DNA from: an uncultured Fibrobacteraceae bacterium
Lineage (GTDB): Bacteria > Krumholzibacteriota > Krumholzibacteriia > LZORAL124-64-63
Assembly: GCA_964646035.1 (NCBI GenBank)
Contig: CAZYDJ010000001.1
Coordinates: 7,346-71,345 of the forward strand
Length of the DNA: 64,000 nt
Direction: 5' to 3'
The notes beneath the pieces were generated by a model, which saw only the letters and a program-made list of their open reading frames with translations, searched no databases and was not told the DNA's origin. The position numbers and the translations under genes are program-made. Of the stretch, positions 45,305 through 54,625 are shown in pieces. Position 1 is the stretch's first letter, and every line of letters starts with the position of its first letter.

Positions 45305-47551
45305 TTGATGAACTTATCGCCCCGCCGGTTTTCGCCCGCCGCAATCGCCGTCGCGTCAGGCCTTCTCTGTGTCCTGTTCGCCTCTCCCTCTTCCGCCGCA
45401 ACCGACGAATCGCCCCTGAACGTGCCGCTCGTCTCTTCGGGGGTGGACGTGGACGGCGTGCTCGACGAACCCGTCTGGAGCCGGGCCCGGCGGCTGGAGC
45501 TCACCTACGAAGTCGAACCCGGCGACAACATCCCGCCCCCGGTCAAAACCGCGGTATTGATCGCCTACGACACCAACCGCCTGCTGGTGGCCTTCGTCGC
45601 CGACGATCCCGATCCGGGCTCGATCAGGGCGCGCATTTCGGATCGGGACGGGCTATATGACGACGACTGGGTGTCGATCGTGCTGGACACCTTCAACGAT
45701 CAGCGGCGCTCGTTCACTTTCTTCTGCAATCCCCTCGGCGTTCAGGCCGACGGCGTCGAGACCTCGACATCGGGAGTGGACATCTCCTGGGACGCCATCT
45801 GGGAATCGGCGGGACGGATCACGGCCGAGGGATACGTCGTGGAGATGGCGATTCCGTTCTGTTCCCTGCGCTTCCAACAAAGCGAAGGGGATCAGATCTG
45901 GGGATTCGACGCTGTGCGCCTCTGGCCGCGGCAGGATCGGCACAAGATCGGGCTCGTTCCCCGCGACCGGGACAACGACTGTTATCTCTGCCAGACGGCC
46001 GCCATAGTCGGTTTCTCGGGCGCTGCTCCCGGCCATAACCTGGAGATCGATCCCACGTTTTCGATGCTGTGGACCGATCAGCGGTATCCCTTCCCCGGGG
46101 GCGACTTCCACCAGATCGAGCGGCGGAGGGAGCCGGGCATCACCGCGCGCTGGGGATTCACTCCGAATCTGACCCTGGCCGCAACCGCAAACCCGGATTT
46201 TTCCCAGGTCGAGGCCGACGCCGCCCAGCTCGAAGTGAATACTCCGTTCACGCTCTTCTACCCGGAAAAACGACCGTTCTTCATGGAGGGCGCCGATTAC
46301 TTCACATCCCGCCTGCGCGCCGTCCATACCCGCACCCTGCTCGACCCCGTCTGGGGAACGAAGGTGGCCGGCAAGGAGGGGGCCGACGCCGTCGGGGCGT
46401 TCTTCGTCCGCGACGACAAGACCCGGCTGCTTTTTCCCGGTCCTGAATCATCGAGCGTGCGGGATCTGGACCGTCAATCATCCAACGCCGCCGTACGTTG
46501 GCGGCGCGACCTCGGCGGAGCGTCCCAGGTAGGACTGATCGCCACCGACCGCGAGTCGGGAAACTACTCGAACCGGATGGCCGGAGCCGATGCTTCGATC
46601 CGACTGACCCGCAGCGACCGGCTGCAGGTGCAGTGGTTGGCGTCACGCACCGATTATCCCGAAGACATCTCCCGCGCCTTCGGCCAATCCGCCGAGCCCT
46701 TCAGCGGCCAGGTCGTCGATGTCCTGTTCAACCACGGCACCCGCGACCTGGATGTCTACGGCGTCTTCCGGGACGTCGACGACGAGTTCAGGGCCGACCT
46801 GGGGTTCATGCCCCAGGTGGGACATCGATTCTGGGAAGGCGGAGCGGACTGGACCTGGCGCCGGCGCAGCGGTTCCTGGTTCAATCTGCTTTCGCTCGGC
46901 GCCGCCGGATTCCGCCAGGAAAAGAGCGGCGGCGAAATGCTGCTGGAGGCGGGAGTCTTCGAGATGAACTACCGCGGCCCCAGCCAGTCCTACTGCTGGG
47001 TCTCGGCCAACTTGGGCCGGCGGGGGTTCCGCGGCCGGGAATTCGACGACGACCACGTCGAGTTCGAGGCGGGGATCCTGCCCAACGGCTGGCTGGCCCT
47101 GTCCGTGGAAGGCGATATCGGCGACGGCATCGATGTGGAAAACGTGGAGCAGGGCAACCGCATCATGTTGCGGCCGATGATCGAGGCCCGCCTGGGCCGG
47201 CATCTATCGGTTGTCCTGGACCACGCCTACGAGCGGATGCGCGAGAACGGTGAGCATCTCTACACCGACAACCTGAGCCAGGCCCGGTTGGTCTGGCAGC
47301 TGGATCGCCGCACTTTCCTGCGCGCCATCCTCCAATACGAGGATCTGGATCGTAATCCATCCCTCTACCCGGATTATTTCGAAGAAAAACAAAAGGCGCT
47401 GTTCACGCAGTTGCTCTTTTCCTACAAACTGAATCCCCAGACCGTGTTTTTCCTGGGATATTCGGATAATCGATACGGCGACCAGGATATCGACTTGACC
47501 AGGGGCGATAGAACCATATTCATGAAGATCGGTTACGCTTGGATGATCTAG
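45305..47551 (+). CDS. secreted DUF5916/CBM9-like domain protein with a large beta-rich C-terminal region
   Basis: It has a signal peptide and an N-terminal carbohydrate-binding-family-9-like motif region (VDGVLDEPVWSRA...YDTNRLLVAF..). A long beta-strand-rich body follows. Confidence 0.55.
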   Translation: MMNLSPRRFSPAAIAVASGLLCVLFASPSSAATDESPLNVPLVSSGVDVDGVLDEPVWSRARRLELTYEVEPGDNIPPPVKTAVLIAYDTNRLLVAFVADDPDPGSIRARISDRDGLYDDDWVSIVLDTFNDQRRSFTFFCNPLGVQADGVETSTSGVDISWDAIWESAGRITAEGYVVEMAIPFCSLRFQQSEGDQIWGFDAVRLWPRQDRHKIGLVPRDRDNDCYLCQTAAIVGFSGAAPGHNLEIDPTFSMLWTDQRYPFPGGDFHQIERRREPGITARWGFTPNLTLAATANPDFSQVEADAAQLEVNTPFTLFYPEKRPFFMEGADYFTSRLRAVHTRTLLDPVWGTKVAGKEGADAVGAFFVRDDKTRLLFPGPESSSVRDLDRQSSNAAVRWRRDLGGASQVGLIATDRESGNYSNRMAGADASIRLTRSDRLQVQWLASRTDYPEDISRAFGQSAEPFSGQVVDVLFNHGTRDLDVYGVFRDVDDEFRADLGFMPQVGHRFWEGGADWTWRRRSGSWFNLLSLGAAGFRQEKSGGEMLLEAGVFEMNYRGPSQSYCWVSANLGRRGFRGREFDDDHVEFEAGILPNGWLALSVEGDIGDGIDVENVEQGNRIMLRPMIEARLGRHLSVVLDHAYERMRENGEHLYTDNLSQARLVWQLDRRTFLRAILQYEDLDRNPSLYPDYFEEKQKALFTQLLFSYKLNPQTVFFLGYSDNRYGDQDIDLTRGDRTIFMKIGYAWMI

Positions 47552-47707
47552 GCCTTTCCAGGGCAACAAAAACGGCTAAATCCCGTAGTTTCAGCCGTTG
47601 CGTTTCCTGGAATGACCGCCGACCCATCACACCATATCCGGCGCCTTCCGCAATCAGCGTCTCCCGCCGACGCGTCGATCGGATGCAACGCCGCTCGGGA
47701 GCCGTCC

Positions 47708-50700
47708 ATGAATAACCATCCGATTCCAGCCTCCGGCAGGGCTCTGTCTGCCCTCGCGGTAGTCCTCATCGCCGTCCTGGCGATAGGCGCCGCCGCCACC
47801 GCCTCCCCCGCCGACAACAGCAAGCCGCTTTGGATGCGCGAGCCCGCCATCTCGCCGGACGGACAGACCATCGTCTTCCGCTATCTGGGCGATCTGTGGC
47901 GGGTGCCGAGCGAAGGAGGCGAAGCCGTCCGGCTGACGGTGAACGCAGCCTTCGACACCAGCCCCGTCTGGTCGCCCGACGGAAGCCTGTTGGCCTTCGC
48001 ATCCGACCGCTACGGCAATTTCGATGTCTTCCTGATGCCGGCCGCCGGGGGAAGCGCCACCCGGCTGACTTTCAATTCCGCCGCCGACGCCCCGACCAGC
48101 TTCACCTCCGACGGCGGGAACGTGCTCTTTTCCTCGACCCGGGTGGATGATCCGGCCAACATCGAGTATCCCCACCCGCGAGCCCTGCCCGAACTGTATT
48201 CGGTGCCGGTCTCCGGAGGGCGGCCCACTCAGGTGCTGACGACTCCGGCCGCCGACGCCGTCTACGACCGCGCCGGCAAGAGGATGGCCTACACCGACCG
48301 CAAGGGCCTGGAGGATCTCTATCGCAAGCATCACCGTTCTTCCTTCGCCCTGGACGTTTGGCTTTACGATGTCGCTTCCGGCGAGCACGCCAAACTGACC
48401 GGCTTCGACGGCGAGGATCGCGAACCGGTGTGGACGCCCGATCAGAAAGGGCTGTTCTTCCTCAGCGAACGCGACGGCACCTTCAACGTCTGGCGGATGG
48501 ACCTCGCCGATCCCGACGGCCCGGTCCAGTTGACCCGACATACCCGCCATCCCGCCCGCTCCCTGAGCGGCAGCGATGCGGGAGACCTCTGCTACAGCCA
48601 GGACGGCGAGATCTGGCTGCTCGCATCCGGAACTTCCGAACCGCGGAAACTCGAGATATCGATCATCGCCGGCGACCGCGAAAATCCGGCCGAGTATCTG
48701 GCGTTGAACAAGCGGATCACGGAGATCTCGATCTCGCCGGCCGGCAAGGAGATGGCCTTCGTGGCCCGCGGCGAGGTCTTCGTCTGCTCGATCGAGCACG
48801 GCCTCACCCGCCGCATCACCGACACTCCGCAACAGGAACGGTCCGTCGACTTCAGCCCCGACGGCAGGTCGTTGATCTACGCCGGCGAACGCGGCGGCAG
48901 CTGGAACCTCTATCGGGCCGACATCGCCCGCGACGAGGATCCGTTCTTCTACAACGCGACGATCGTCGACGAGACGCCGGTCCTCGAATCGGGCCATGAA
49001 ACGTTCCAGCCCAGCTGGTCGCCCGACGGCGGCGAAGTCGCCTTCATCGAGGACCGCACCGTGTTGCGCGTCATAAACCTGGATTCGGGCGAGATCCGCA
49101 CCGTGCTGCCCGGCGACCGCAACTATTCCTACGCCGACGGCGATCAGTGGTACGACTGGTCTCCCGACGGCAAGTGGTTCCTCGTCACATTCCTCAGCCC
49201 CAAGCGCTGGTCGGAAGATGTGGGCCTGGCTCCCTCCTCCGGAAAGGGCGAGCTGATCAACCTCACCTTCAGCGGCTACGAGGACTCGGCTCCGCGCTGG
49301 GCCATGAAGGGCGAGATGATGTTCTGGTTCTCCGACCGCAACGGGCTGCGCCGTCACGGCGGCGGCGGCTCGCAGCACGACGTTTTCGCATCATTCTTCA
49401 CCGAGAAGGCCTGGGACCGGTTCCGGCTGAGCGAAGCGGAGCTCGAGCTCGCCAAGTTGGCCGAGGATAACGCGGAAAAGGCCGAGAAGGACGACGACAA
49501 GGGTAAGAAGGACGAGAAGGGCGAGAAGGACGGCGACAAGAAGGCCAAGAAGCTGCCGAGCGGCTTCACGCCTCCCGAGCCGATGGATCCGGTCAAGCTG
49601 GATCTCGACCGCATCGAGGATCGCACCCTGCGCCTGACCACCCACTCCGCCCGCATGGCCGACGCCGTGCTCACCCCGGACGGCGAGCAGTTGCTCTACC
49701 TCGCCCAGTTCGAGGAGGGCTTCGATCTCTGGAGCTACAAGCACCGCGAGAAGGAGATCAAACGTCTGGTCAAGCTGGACGCGGAACGGGCCGGCGACCT
49801 GATCATGGGCCCCGAGGGCAAGAAGGTCTACCTGCTGGCCGACGGCAAGCCGATCGGCGTGGAAATCGAGTCGGGCAAGATGAAGCCGGTGGGATTCGAC
49901 GCCCACATGAACCTGGACCGCTCCGCCGAGCGGGAATACCTCTTCGAGCACGTCTGGCGCCAGATCCACCAGAAATTCTACCAGCAGGATATGCACGGCG
50001 TGGACTGGAAACGCTACAAGGCTGATTACGCCGGCTTCCTGCCCCACATCAACAACAACTACGACTTCTCCGAACTGCTCGACGAGATGCTGGGCGAGTT
50101 GAACGCTTCGCATACCGGGGCCGGCTACGTTCCCGACGGGGAAGGCGGCGACAAAACGGCGGCGCTGGGCGCCTTCTTCGATCCCGATCACGGCGGAGAC
50201 GGACTGAAAATCGCCGAAATCATGCCCAAGAGCCCGTTGCTGAGGGACGGCACGCGGATCGAGCCGGGAGTTATCATCGAGAAGATCGACGGCATGACCG
50301 TCAAGCGGGGCGAAAACTACTTCCCGCTGCTGAACCACAAGGCCGGCAAGGCGGTGCTGCTGTCGTTGCGCGAGGCCGACGGCAAGGACCGGTGGGAAGA
50401 AACGGTCAAGCCCATATCCCGCTCCCGGCAGAACGCATTGCTCTACGAACGCTGGATCGAATCCCGCCGCGCCGAAGTCGAACGCATCTCCGGCGGCAGA
50501 TTGGGCTACGCGCATATCGCCACGATGAGCGACCGGTATTATCGCGAAGCGTTCTCCCAGATCCTCGGACGCTACAGCGACAAGGAAGGCCTGGTGGTAG
50601 ACACCCGATTCAACAACGGCGGCAACCTGACCGAAGTGCTCTGCACTTTCCTCAGCGGCAAACGTTTCTCGCGAAACGTTCCCCGCGGCCAGCAGATAGG

Positions 50701-51058
50701 CGAAGAGCCCTGGTCCCGCTGGCATCGGCCGTCGATCGTCCTGATGAACGAGGGCAACTACTCCGACGCCCACTATTTCCCGTGGGCCTATCGAGAGCTG
50801 GGTATCGGCAAACTGGTCGGGATGCCGGTTGCCGGAACCGCGACCGCGGTCTGGTGGGAGAGCCTCCAGGATCGCTCGCTCTACTTCGGGATGCCGATGG
50901 TGGGAGTGATGGACAACCAGGGCCGACTGCTGGAAAACCGGCAGCTCGAACCCGATTTCCTGGTGGACAACGATCCTGTCTCGGCGGCCGCCGGCCGGGA
51001 TCTCCAGTTGGAAAAGGCAGTGCAGGAACTGCTGGCCGAGATCGACGCCGCGAAGTAG
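47708..51058 (+). CDS. tricorn protease homolog (TolB-like beta-propellers, PDZ, C-terminal S41 peptidase domain)
   Basis: A GGGAG RBS precedes a signal peptide. Repeated PxxSPDG propeller blades are present (ISPDGQTIVF, WSPDGSLLAF, FSPDGRSLIY, WSPDGGEVAF). A PDZ domain lies around KIAEIMPKSPL. The S41 core has TRFNNGGN...Y. There is an internal K/D/E-rich insert EDNAEKAEKDDDKGKKDEKGEKDGDKKAKK. Confidence 0.8.
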   Translation: MNNHPIPASGRALSALAVVLIAVLAIGAAATASPADNSKPLWMREPAISPDGQTIVFRYLGDLWRVPSEGGEAVRLTVNAAFDTSPVWSPDGSLLAFASDRYGNFDVFLMPAAGGSATRLTFNSAADAPTSFTSDGGNVLFSSTRVDDPANIEYPHPRALPELYSVPVSGGRPTQVLTTPAADAVYDRAGKRMAYTDRKGLEDLYRKHHRSSFALDVWLYDVASGEHAKLTGFDGEDREPVWTPDQKGLFFLSERDGTFNVWRMDLADPDGPVQLTRHTRHPARSLSGSDAGDLCYSQDGEIWLLASGTSEPRKLEISIIAGDRENPAEYLALNKRITEISISPAGKEMAFVARGEVFVCSIEHGLTRRITDTPQQERSVDFSPDGRSLIYAGERGGSWNLYRADIARDEDPFFYNATIVDETPVLESGHETFQPSWSPDGGEVAFIEDRTVLRVINLDSGEIRTVLPGDRNYSYADGDQWYDWSPDGKWFLVTFLSPKRWSEDVGLAPSSGKGELINLTFSGYEDSAPRWAMKGEMMFWFSDRNGLRRHGGGGSQHDVFASFFTEKAWDRFRLSEAELELAKLAEDNAEKAEKDDDKGKKDEKGEKDGDKKAKKLPSGFTPPEPMDPVKLDLDRIEDRTLRLTTHSARMADAVLTPDGEQLLYLAQFEEGFDLWSYKHREKEIKRLVKLDAERAGDLIMGPEGKKVYLLADGKPIGVEIESGKMKPVGFDAHMNLDRSAEREYLFEHVWRQIHQKFYQQDMHGVDWKRYKADYAGFLPHINNNYDFSELLDEMLGELNASHTGAGYVPDGEGGDKTAALGAFFDPDHGGDGLKIAEIMPKSPLLRDGTRIEPGVIIEKIDGMTVKRGENYFPLLNHKAGKAVLLSLREADGKDRWEETVKPISRSRQNALLYERWIESRRAEVERISGGRLGYAHIATMSDRYYREAFSQILGRYSDKEGLVVDTRFNNGGNLTEVLCTFLSGKRFSRNVPRGQQIGEEPWSRWHRPSIVLMNEGNYSDAHYFPWAYRELGIGKLVGMPVAGTATAVWWESLQDRSLYFGMPMVGVMDNQGRLLENRQLEPDFLVDNDPVSAAAGRDLQLEKAVQELLAEIDAAK

Positions 51059-51127
51059 GCGGATCGATTCCCCGGTCGCCGGCCGATGCCGGAGCCGGAA
51101 CCGGAGCCGGAACCGGACAAGACAGAA

Positions 51128-51151
51128 GCCCCGCCGCTGATGCGGCGGGGC
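51128..51151. terminator. bidirectional intrinsic terminator (10-bp perfect stem GCCCCGCCGC/GCGGCGGGGC, loop TGAT) between tricorn (+) and the RRM gene (-)
   Basis: T-rich flanks are present on both strands. Confidence 0.65.
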
Positions 51152-51176
51152 TTCATTCTCTCAGTCCCGAAAGACC

Positions 51177-51458
51177 CTACCAGCGAGGGCCGCGATCTCC
51201 GCGATCTCCACGCGGAGGACGGGGACGGGCTTCGTTCACCGTCAGGTTCCTGCCCTCCCAGGCCTGACCGTCCAGAGCCGTGATGGCGGCCCTGGCCTCG
51301 TTCTCTTCCGGCATCTCGACAAAACCGAAACCGCGAGAGCGGCCGGTCTCCCGATCAGTGACGATGGAAGCATTGTCGACCTTGCCATGCTCGGAGAAGA
51401 GCTGGCTCATGCCTTCGTCGGTGGACTGGAAGCTCAGGTTTCCAACATAGATTCTCAC
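51177..51458 (-). CDS. RRM-type RNA-binding protein (glycine/arginine-rich C-terminus)
   Basis: RNP-2 (IYVGNL) and RNP-1 (RGFGFVEM) motifs are present. The GTG start at 51456-51458 gives a 93-aa product with an RGD/RG-rich tail. The annotated ORF extends a further 42 codons upstream, which I do not believe. Confidence 0.72.
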   Translation of the reverse strand: MRIYVGNLSFQSTDEGMSQLFSEHGKVDNASIVTDRETGRSRGFGFVEMPEENEARAAITALDGQAWEGRNLTVNEARPRPPRGDRGDRGPRW

Positions 51459-51638
51459 AGCGGGCTCGTCCTTCTGTCTTCGGGCAGCCGTTTGTCCCAA
51501 CTCAGCTCGACTGGGACGCATCCGGCCTGATCCCGACTTGATACACACCGGCCCCCGGCCGGATAGCAATTTTATAGTACTCAAATCCGGAAAAATCCAA
51601 GGGAATCCGCCTGAATCATCAATTTTGAATTACGCAAA

Positions 51639-51662
51639 ACGGGGGCCCTTGCAGGCCCCCGT
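51639..51662 (-). terminator. intrinsic terminator for the 51683..52219 gene (9-bp stem ACGGGGGCC/GGCCCCCGT, loop CTTGCA, followed by TTTTG... on the minus strand)
   Basis: Read directly from the sequence. Confidence 0.6.
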
Positions 51663-51682
51663 TGATGCTGAAAAAACCGGAA

Positions 51683-52219
51683 TCAGACTGTCTTCTGCTT
51701 TTCCTTGCGGCCCTTCACCACCAGCCAGGCGCCGCCGACAATGATCAGCACCGACCACCAATCCTCGATCCACTCCATCGAAACGTCGAATTTCGATTCC
51801 AGCAGGATGAGCGTTCCGATGATGATCAATACGCTTCCGCCGGCGATGGTGCCGCCCCGGCCCGGCATGAGGAATCCCTCGGGAATGATCGCCGGTTTAC
51901 CTTCGGCCATGGCCTGGTTGACCAGGCTCGCCCGACGTACCGCGTCGATGATGTTATAGAGGCAGAAGAATCCCAGGAAGATGCCCAGCAACGGCTCCAG
52001 CCCCACCACGCCCATGCTCAGGGCCGTAACCGTGACGGCGAAGATCGCCATGTGGATGAAACCGAGCTGGTAGTACCCCAGGTAGATCTGCCCCAGTCCG
52101 GGCATCAGCGAGAGGAACCCCGCCAGCGTCGGCGACTTGGCGGTGAAGTAAGGGTTGTGCCTCGTGCCGTCTCCGGCGCCTATTTTCTGCTGATCCTGCG
52201 AATCGTAGTTGGTGTTCAT
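51683..52219 (-). CDS. TM2-domain-like small membrane protein, hypothetical
   Basis: A 178-aa ORF. The first TM pair carries the motif LSLMPGLGQIYLGYYQLGF. A second TM pair is present. Confidence 0.45.
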   Translation of the reverse strand: MNTNYDSQDQQKIGAGDGTRHNPYFTAKSPTLAGFLSLMPGLGQIYLGYYQLGFIHMAIFAVTVTALSMGVVGLEPLLGIFLGFFCLYNIIDAVRRASLVNQAMAEGKPAIIPEGFLMPGRGGTIAGGSVLIIIGTLILLESKFDVSMEWIEDWWSVLIIVGGAWLVVKGRKEKQKTV

Positions 52220-52264
52220 GACTGCCTCCTCGTTCTATCTGCGATTGTTCTTCGAATCCAATTT

Positions 52265-53260
52265 CTACTCTTTATCCGAAACGGCCTGAGCGGACGATTC
52301 ATCGACCGGATCGAGCCACCATTGCTGCCAAGCCAAGGCAAAATCCTTCCTCATCCCATCGAAGCAGGTCGAGGCCAGAACGAAGTCTCCGTTACCGATG
52401 GCGCTGACCAGGGCGCCGCCGTCGCGCTCCAGATCGTCCCGCGCCGGCCGCGACCTTTCCCTGCGGGCCGAGATATCCGCCTCGGCCGTGGCCGCGGTCT
52501 CGGATATCCCGTTGTATAGGCTGATGCAGGCGGCCTGGCCGAGAATGAATGCGTGCCCCGGCAGGGTCTGCTCCAGCCTGACGCCACCGCCGAACAGGGC
52601 CGTCGGTCCGGCCTGGATCGCGGCCAAGGCCTTCGGCGGAGCGTTCTTCAAGGGCGAAATCGGAGTGCCGCAGAGCAGCACGATCATCAGGGTGCCGACA
52701 TAGGCCGCCTCGAAACTGAAGCGGGGCCTGGCCATCTGACGCCTGAGCCACTCGCCGGCTCTATCCACCCAGACGGTCAGGCGGTCCATCGCGACCGTCA
52801 CGGGCGGAGCTTCCGGAGCCGACGGAATCGTCGCCGCCATGACGCCCAGGGTGAAGTCCTCGCCGGGATCCAGGTCGCCGAGTTGGATCAGAATCGGGGC
52901 CGCCCAGGCCAACGCGTCGGCCAAGGCATCGCAATCGGGGCAATGCTCCAGATGCGCTTTCAGCAGGGACTGATCGGTCTGCGCCAGGGTCCCGTCCACC
53001 ATGCCCGGCAGCAGCTGATGGGCCCGGCCGCAGGCGGATCCGGACGTGCGGGCCAGGATCGCCGCGGTCTGATCCGGGACTTCGGCTGAACCGGCATCGA
53101 TCCGGCTGCCCAGAGCCGTCGCGAAGAGTTCGCTGCAGTCGGCGCAGGTATCGAGATGGGACTCGACCAGCTGCCGGCGCTTCTGGTCCAGGGTCCCGGC
53201 CAGCATCGCATCCAACAAGACCTCGCAGTCCCGGCAATCCAATTTCTGGTTCCGGTTCAT
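52265..53260 (-). CDS. anti-sigma factor with two zf-HC2 zinc-finger motifs and a TM segment
   Basis: It has CRDCEVLLDAM...HLDTCADC and a second HLEHCPDCDAL. Its start overlaps the stop of the ECF sigma gene (ATGA). Confidence 0.6.
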   Translation of the reverse strand: MNRNQKLDCRDCEVLLDAMLAGTLDQKRRQLVESHLDTCADCSELFATALGSRIDAGSAEVPDQTAAILARTSGSACGRAHQLLPGMVDGTLAQTDQSLLKAHLEHCPDCDALADALAWAAPILIQLGDLDPGEDFTLGVMAATIPSAPEAPPVTVAMDRLTVWVDRAGEWLRRQMARPRFSFEAAYVGTLMIVLLCGTPISPLKNAPPKALAAIQAGPTALFGGGVRLEQTLPGHAFILGQAACISLYNGISETAATAEADISARRERSRPARDDLERDGGALVSAIGNGDFVLASTCFDGMRKDFALAWQQWWLDPVDESSAQAVSDKE

Positions 53261-53829
53261 ATCGTGGCCTCCATCCTCGATCCGCCGCCGAGATCGATAA
53301 CCGCCCGGGCCAACTCGATCCGCGCCCGGCTGGAACGCGATTTGGCCGTACCCAAGGGGATCTCGAGCATCTCGGATATATCTTCCAGCGCCATTCCCTG
53401 CATGTCCTTCAACATGATGATCTCTCGATTTATCGAACTGAGGGATTGCAGCGCCTTGTGCACGAGCATCCGTTTCGACTCCGATTCCATGATCTGATCC
53501 GGCCGCGGGGAACTGTCCGTCAGGCCGATCGCCTCTTCGGCCGGGATGTCCCTGGCCGGGGGCCGCGCCTTGCGCCGACGCAGATGGTCGAGGCAGGCGT
53601 TGCGGGAGAGGCGGATCAACCAGGCCAGGAAACGATCATCATCGCGGCAGCTCTCAAGGCGCTTGTAGACGCGGACGAATATGTCCTGGGAGATGTCCCG
53701 GGCCTCGTCCGGATCGCCGACATAGGTCATGGCGATCCCGAAGACCCGGCCCTGGTGCTGTCTGACCAGGGCCTCCCAGGCCAGCTCGTCGCCTTTCCTG
53801 CAGCGTTTGAGCAATGTGGCCGTTTCCAT
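53257..53829 (-). CDS. RNA polymerase sigma-70 factor, ECF subfamily
   Basis: The start METATLLKRCRKGDELAWEALVRQHQGRVFGIAMTYVGDPDEARDISQDIFVRVYKRL has a GGAAGGA RBS. Region 4 is LKDMQGMALEDISEMLEIPLGTAKSRSSRAR. The 72-codon upstream ORF extension is rejected. Confidence 0.8.
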   Translation of the reverse strand: METATLLKRCRKGDELAWEALVRQHQGRVFGIAMTYVGDPDEARDISQDIFVRVYKRLESCRDDDRFLAWLIRLSRNACLDHLRRRKARPPARDIPAEEAIGLTDSSPRPDQIMESESKRMLVHKALQSLSSINREIIMLKDMQGMALEDISEMLEIPLGTAKSRSSRARIELARAVIDLGGGSRMEATI

Positions 53830-54158
53830 CGGATTCCTTCCGATCTGCCGGTTAATCCGTCGTCGCCTACCGCGGCGGCGGTCTTGGTCTGCCCCAAAGA
53901 GACGCAGCGGACCCGCCCCGGGTTCGCCGCCGGGAAAGATTTTTTTCTGATTCCAGACTAGCATCCCCCCGATCGGCCTGGAAGCGAAGTCCCGGGCAAC
54001 CTCTCCGGCGCGGACGGCGTAGATGACAAACGGGGGCTTTTTCATCTGATCAGCAATTTCATGATAGGATCGGCTGGGGTATCCCCCGCACCGTCAGCGA
54101 TTCTGAGCGGATCGCCAGCGTTGACGATCCGCCACCGATCGAAGCGAGGAGGGGGACG

Positions 54159-54464
54159 ATGCCGATCTTTATCCTGATGACCAAGCTGACTCCCGAGGGG
54201 ATGGAAAACGGAGGCGAACGCAAGGCCCGCGGCAAGGCCTGGCTCAACAAGGTCCGGAAGGTCTGCCCCCAGGTGATGTGGATCGCCCATTATTCTCTGC
54301 TCGGACGCTACGACTTCATGGACATCTACGAGGCTCCCGACATCGAGACCGCTCATCTGGTGGCGCTGATATCGCGCTCGGCGGGCGCCTTGTCCGCGGA
54401 GAGCTGGCCCGCGATTCCCTACGACGACTACCTGGGCCAGTTGGACAAATTGCCCCACGACTAG
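54159..54464 (+). CDS. GYD domain-containing protein
   Basis: A 101-aa ORF with the GYD-family pattern (ARGKAWLNKVRK...GRYDFMDIYEAPDIETAHLVALIS). It has a GAGGAGGGGG RBS. Confidence 0.65.
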   Translation: MPIFILMTKLTPEGMENGGERKARGKAWLNKVRKVCPQVMWIAHYSLLGRYDFMDIYEAPDIETAHLVALISRSAGALSAESWPAIPYDDYLGQLDKLPHD

Positions 54465-54625
54465 CTTCGGCGACCCGGGTCCGCCGCCGGGCCCGGGTCG
54501 GGCTCATCTTCCGGTAATCCGCCATATCATCTGACTGGAAGCCCGACTTCCCCTATATTCGTCGGGTCCGGAGCGGGCTGACGCTCCGGCGTCCCGCGCT
54601 CCTCATTCCATAGCGAGGTTCGTCA

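Noticed and set aside
47654-50773. Minus-strand ORFs of 574 aa and 460 aa antisense to the tricorn protease gene.
   Set aside because: They are shadow ORFs without motifs.
53830-54045. The 72-codon N-terminal extension of the ECF sigma ORF (MKKPPFVIYAV...).
   Set aside because: The ECF sigma region 2 begins right after the internal Met, which has a GGAAGGA RBS. The extension has no sigma-like content and lies in the divergent promoter region.
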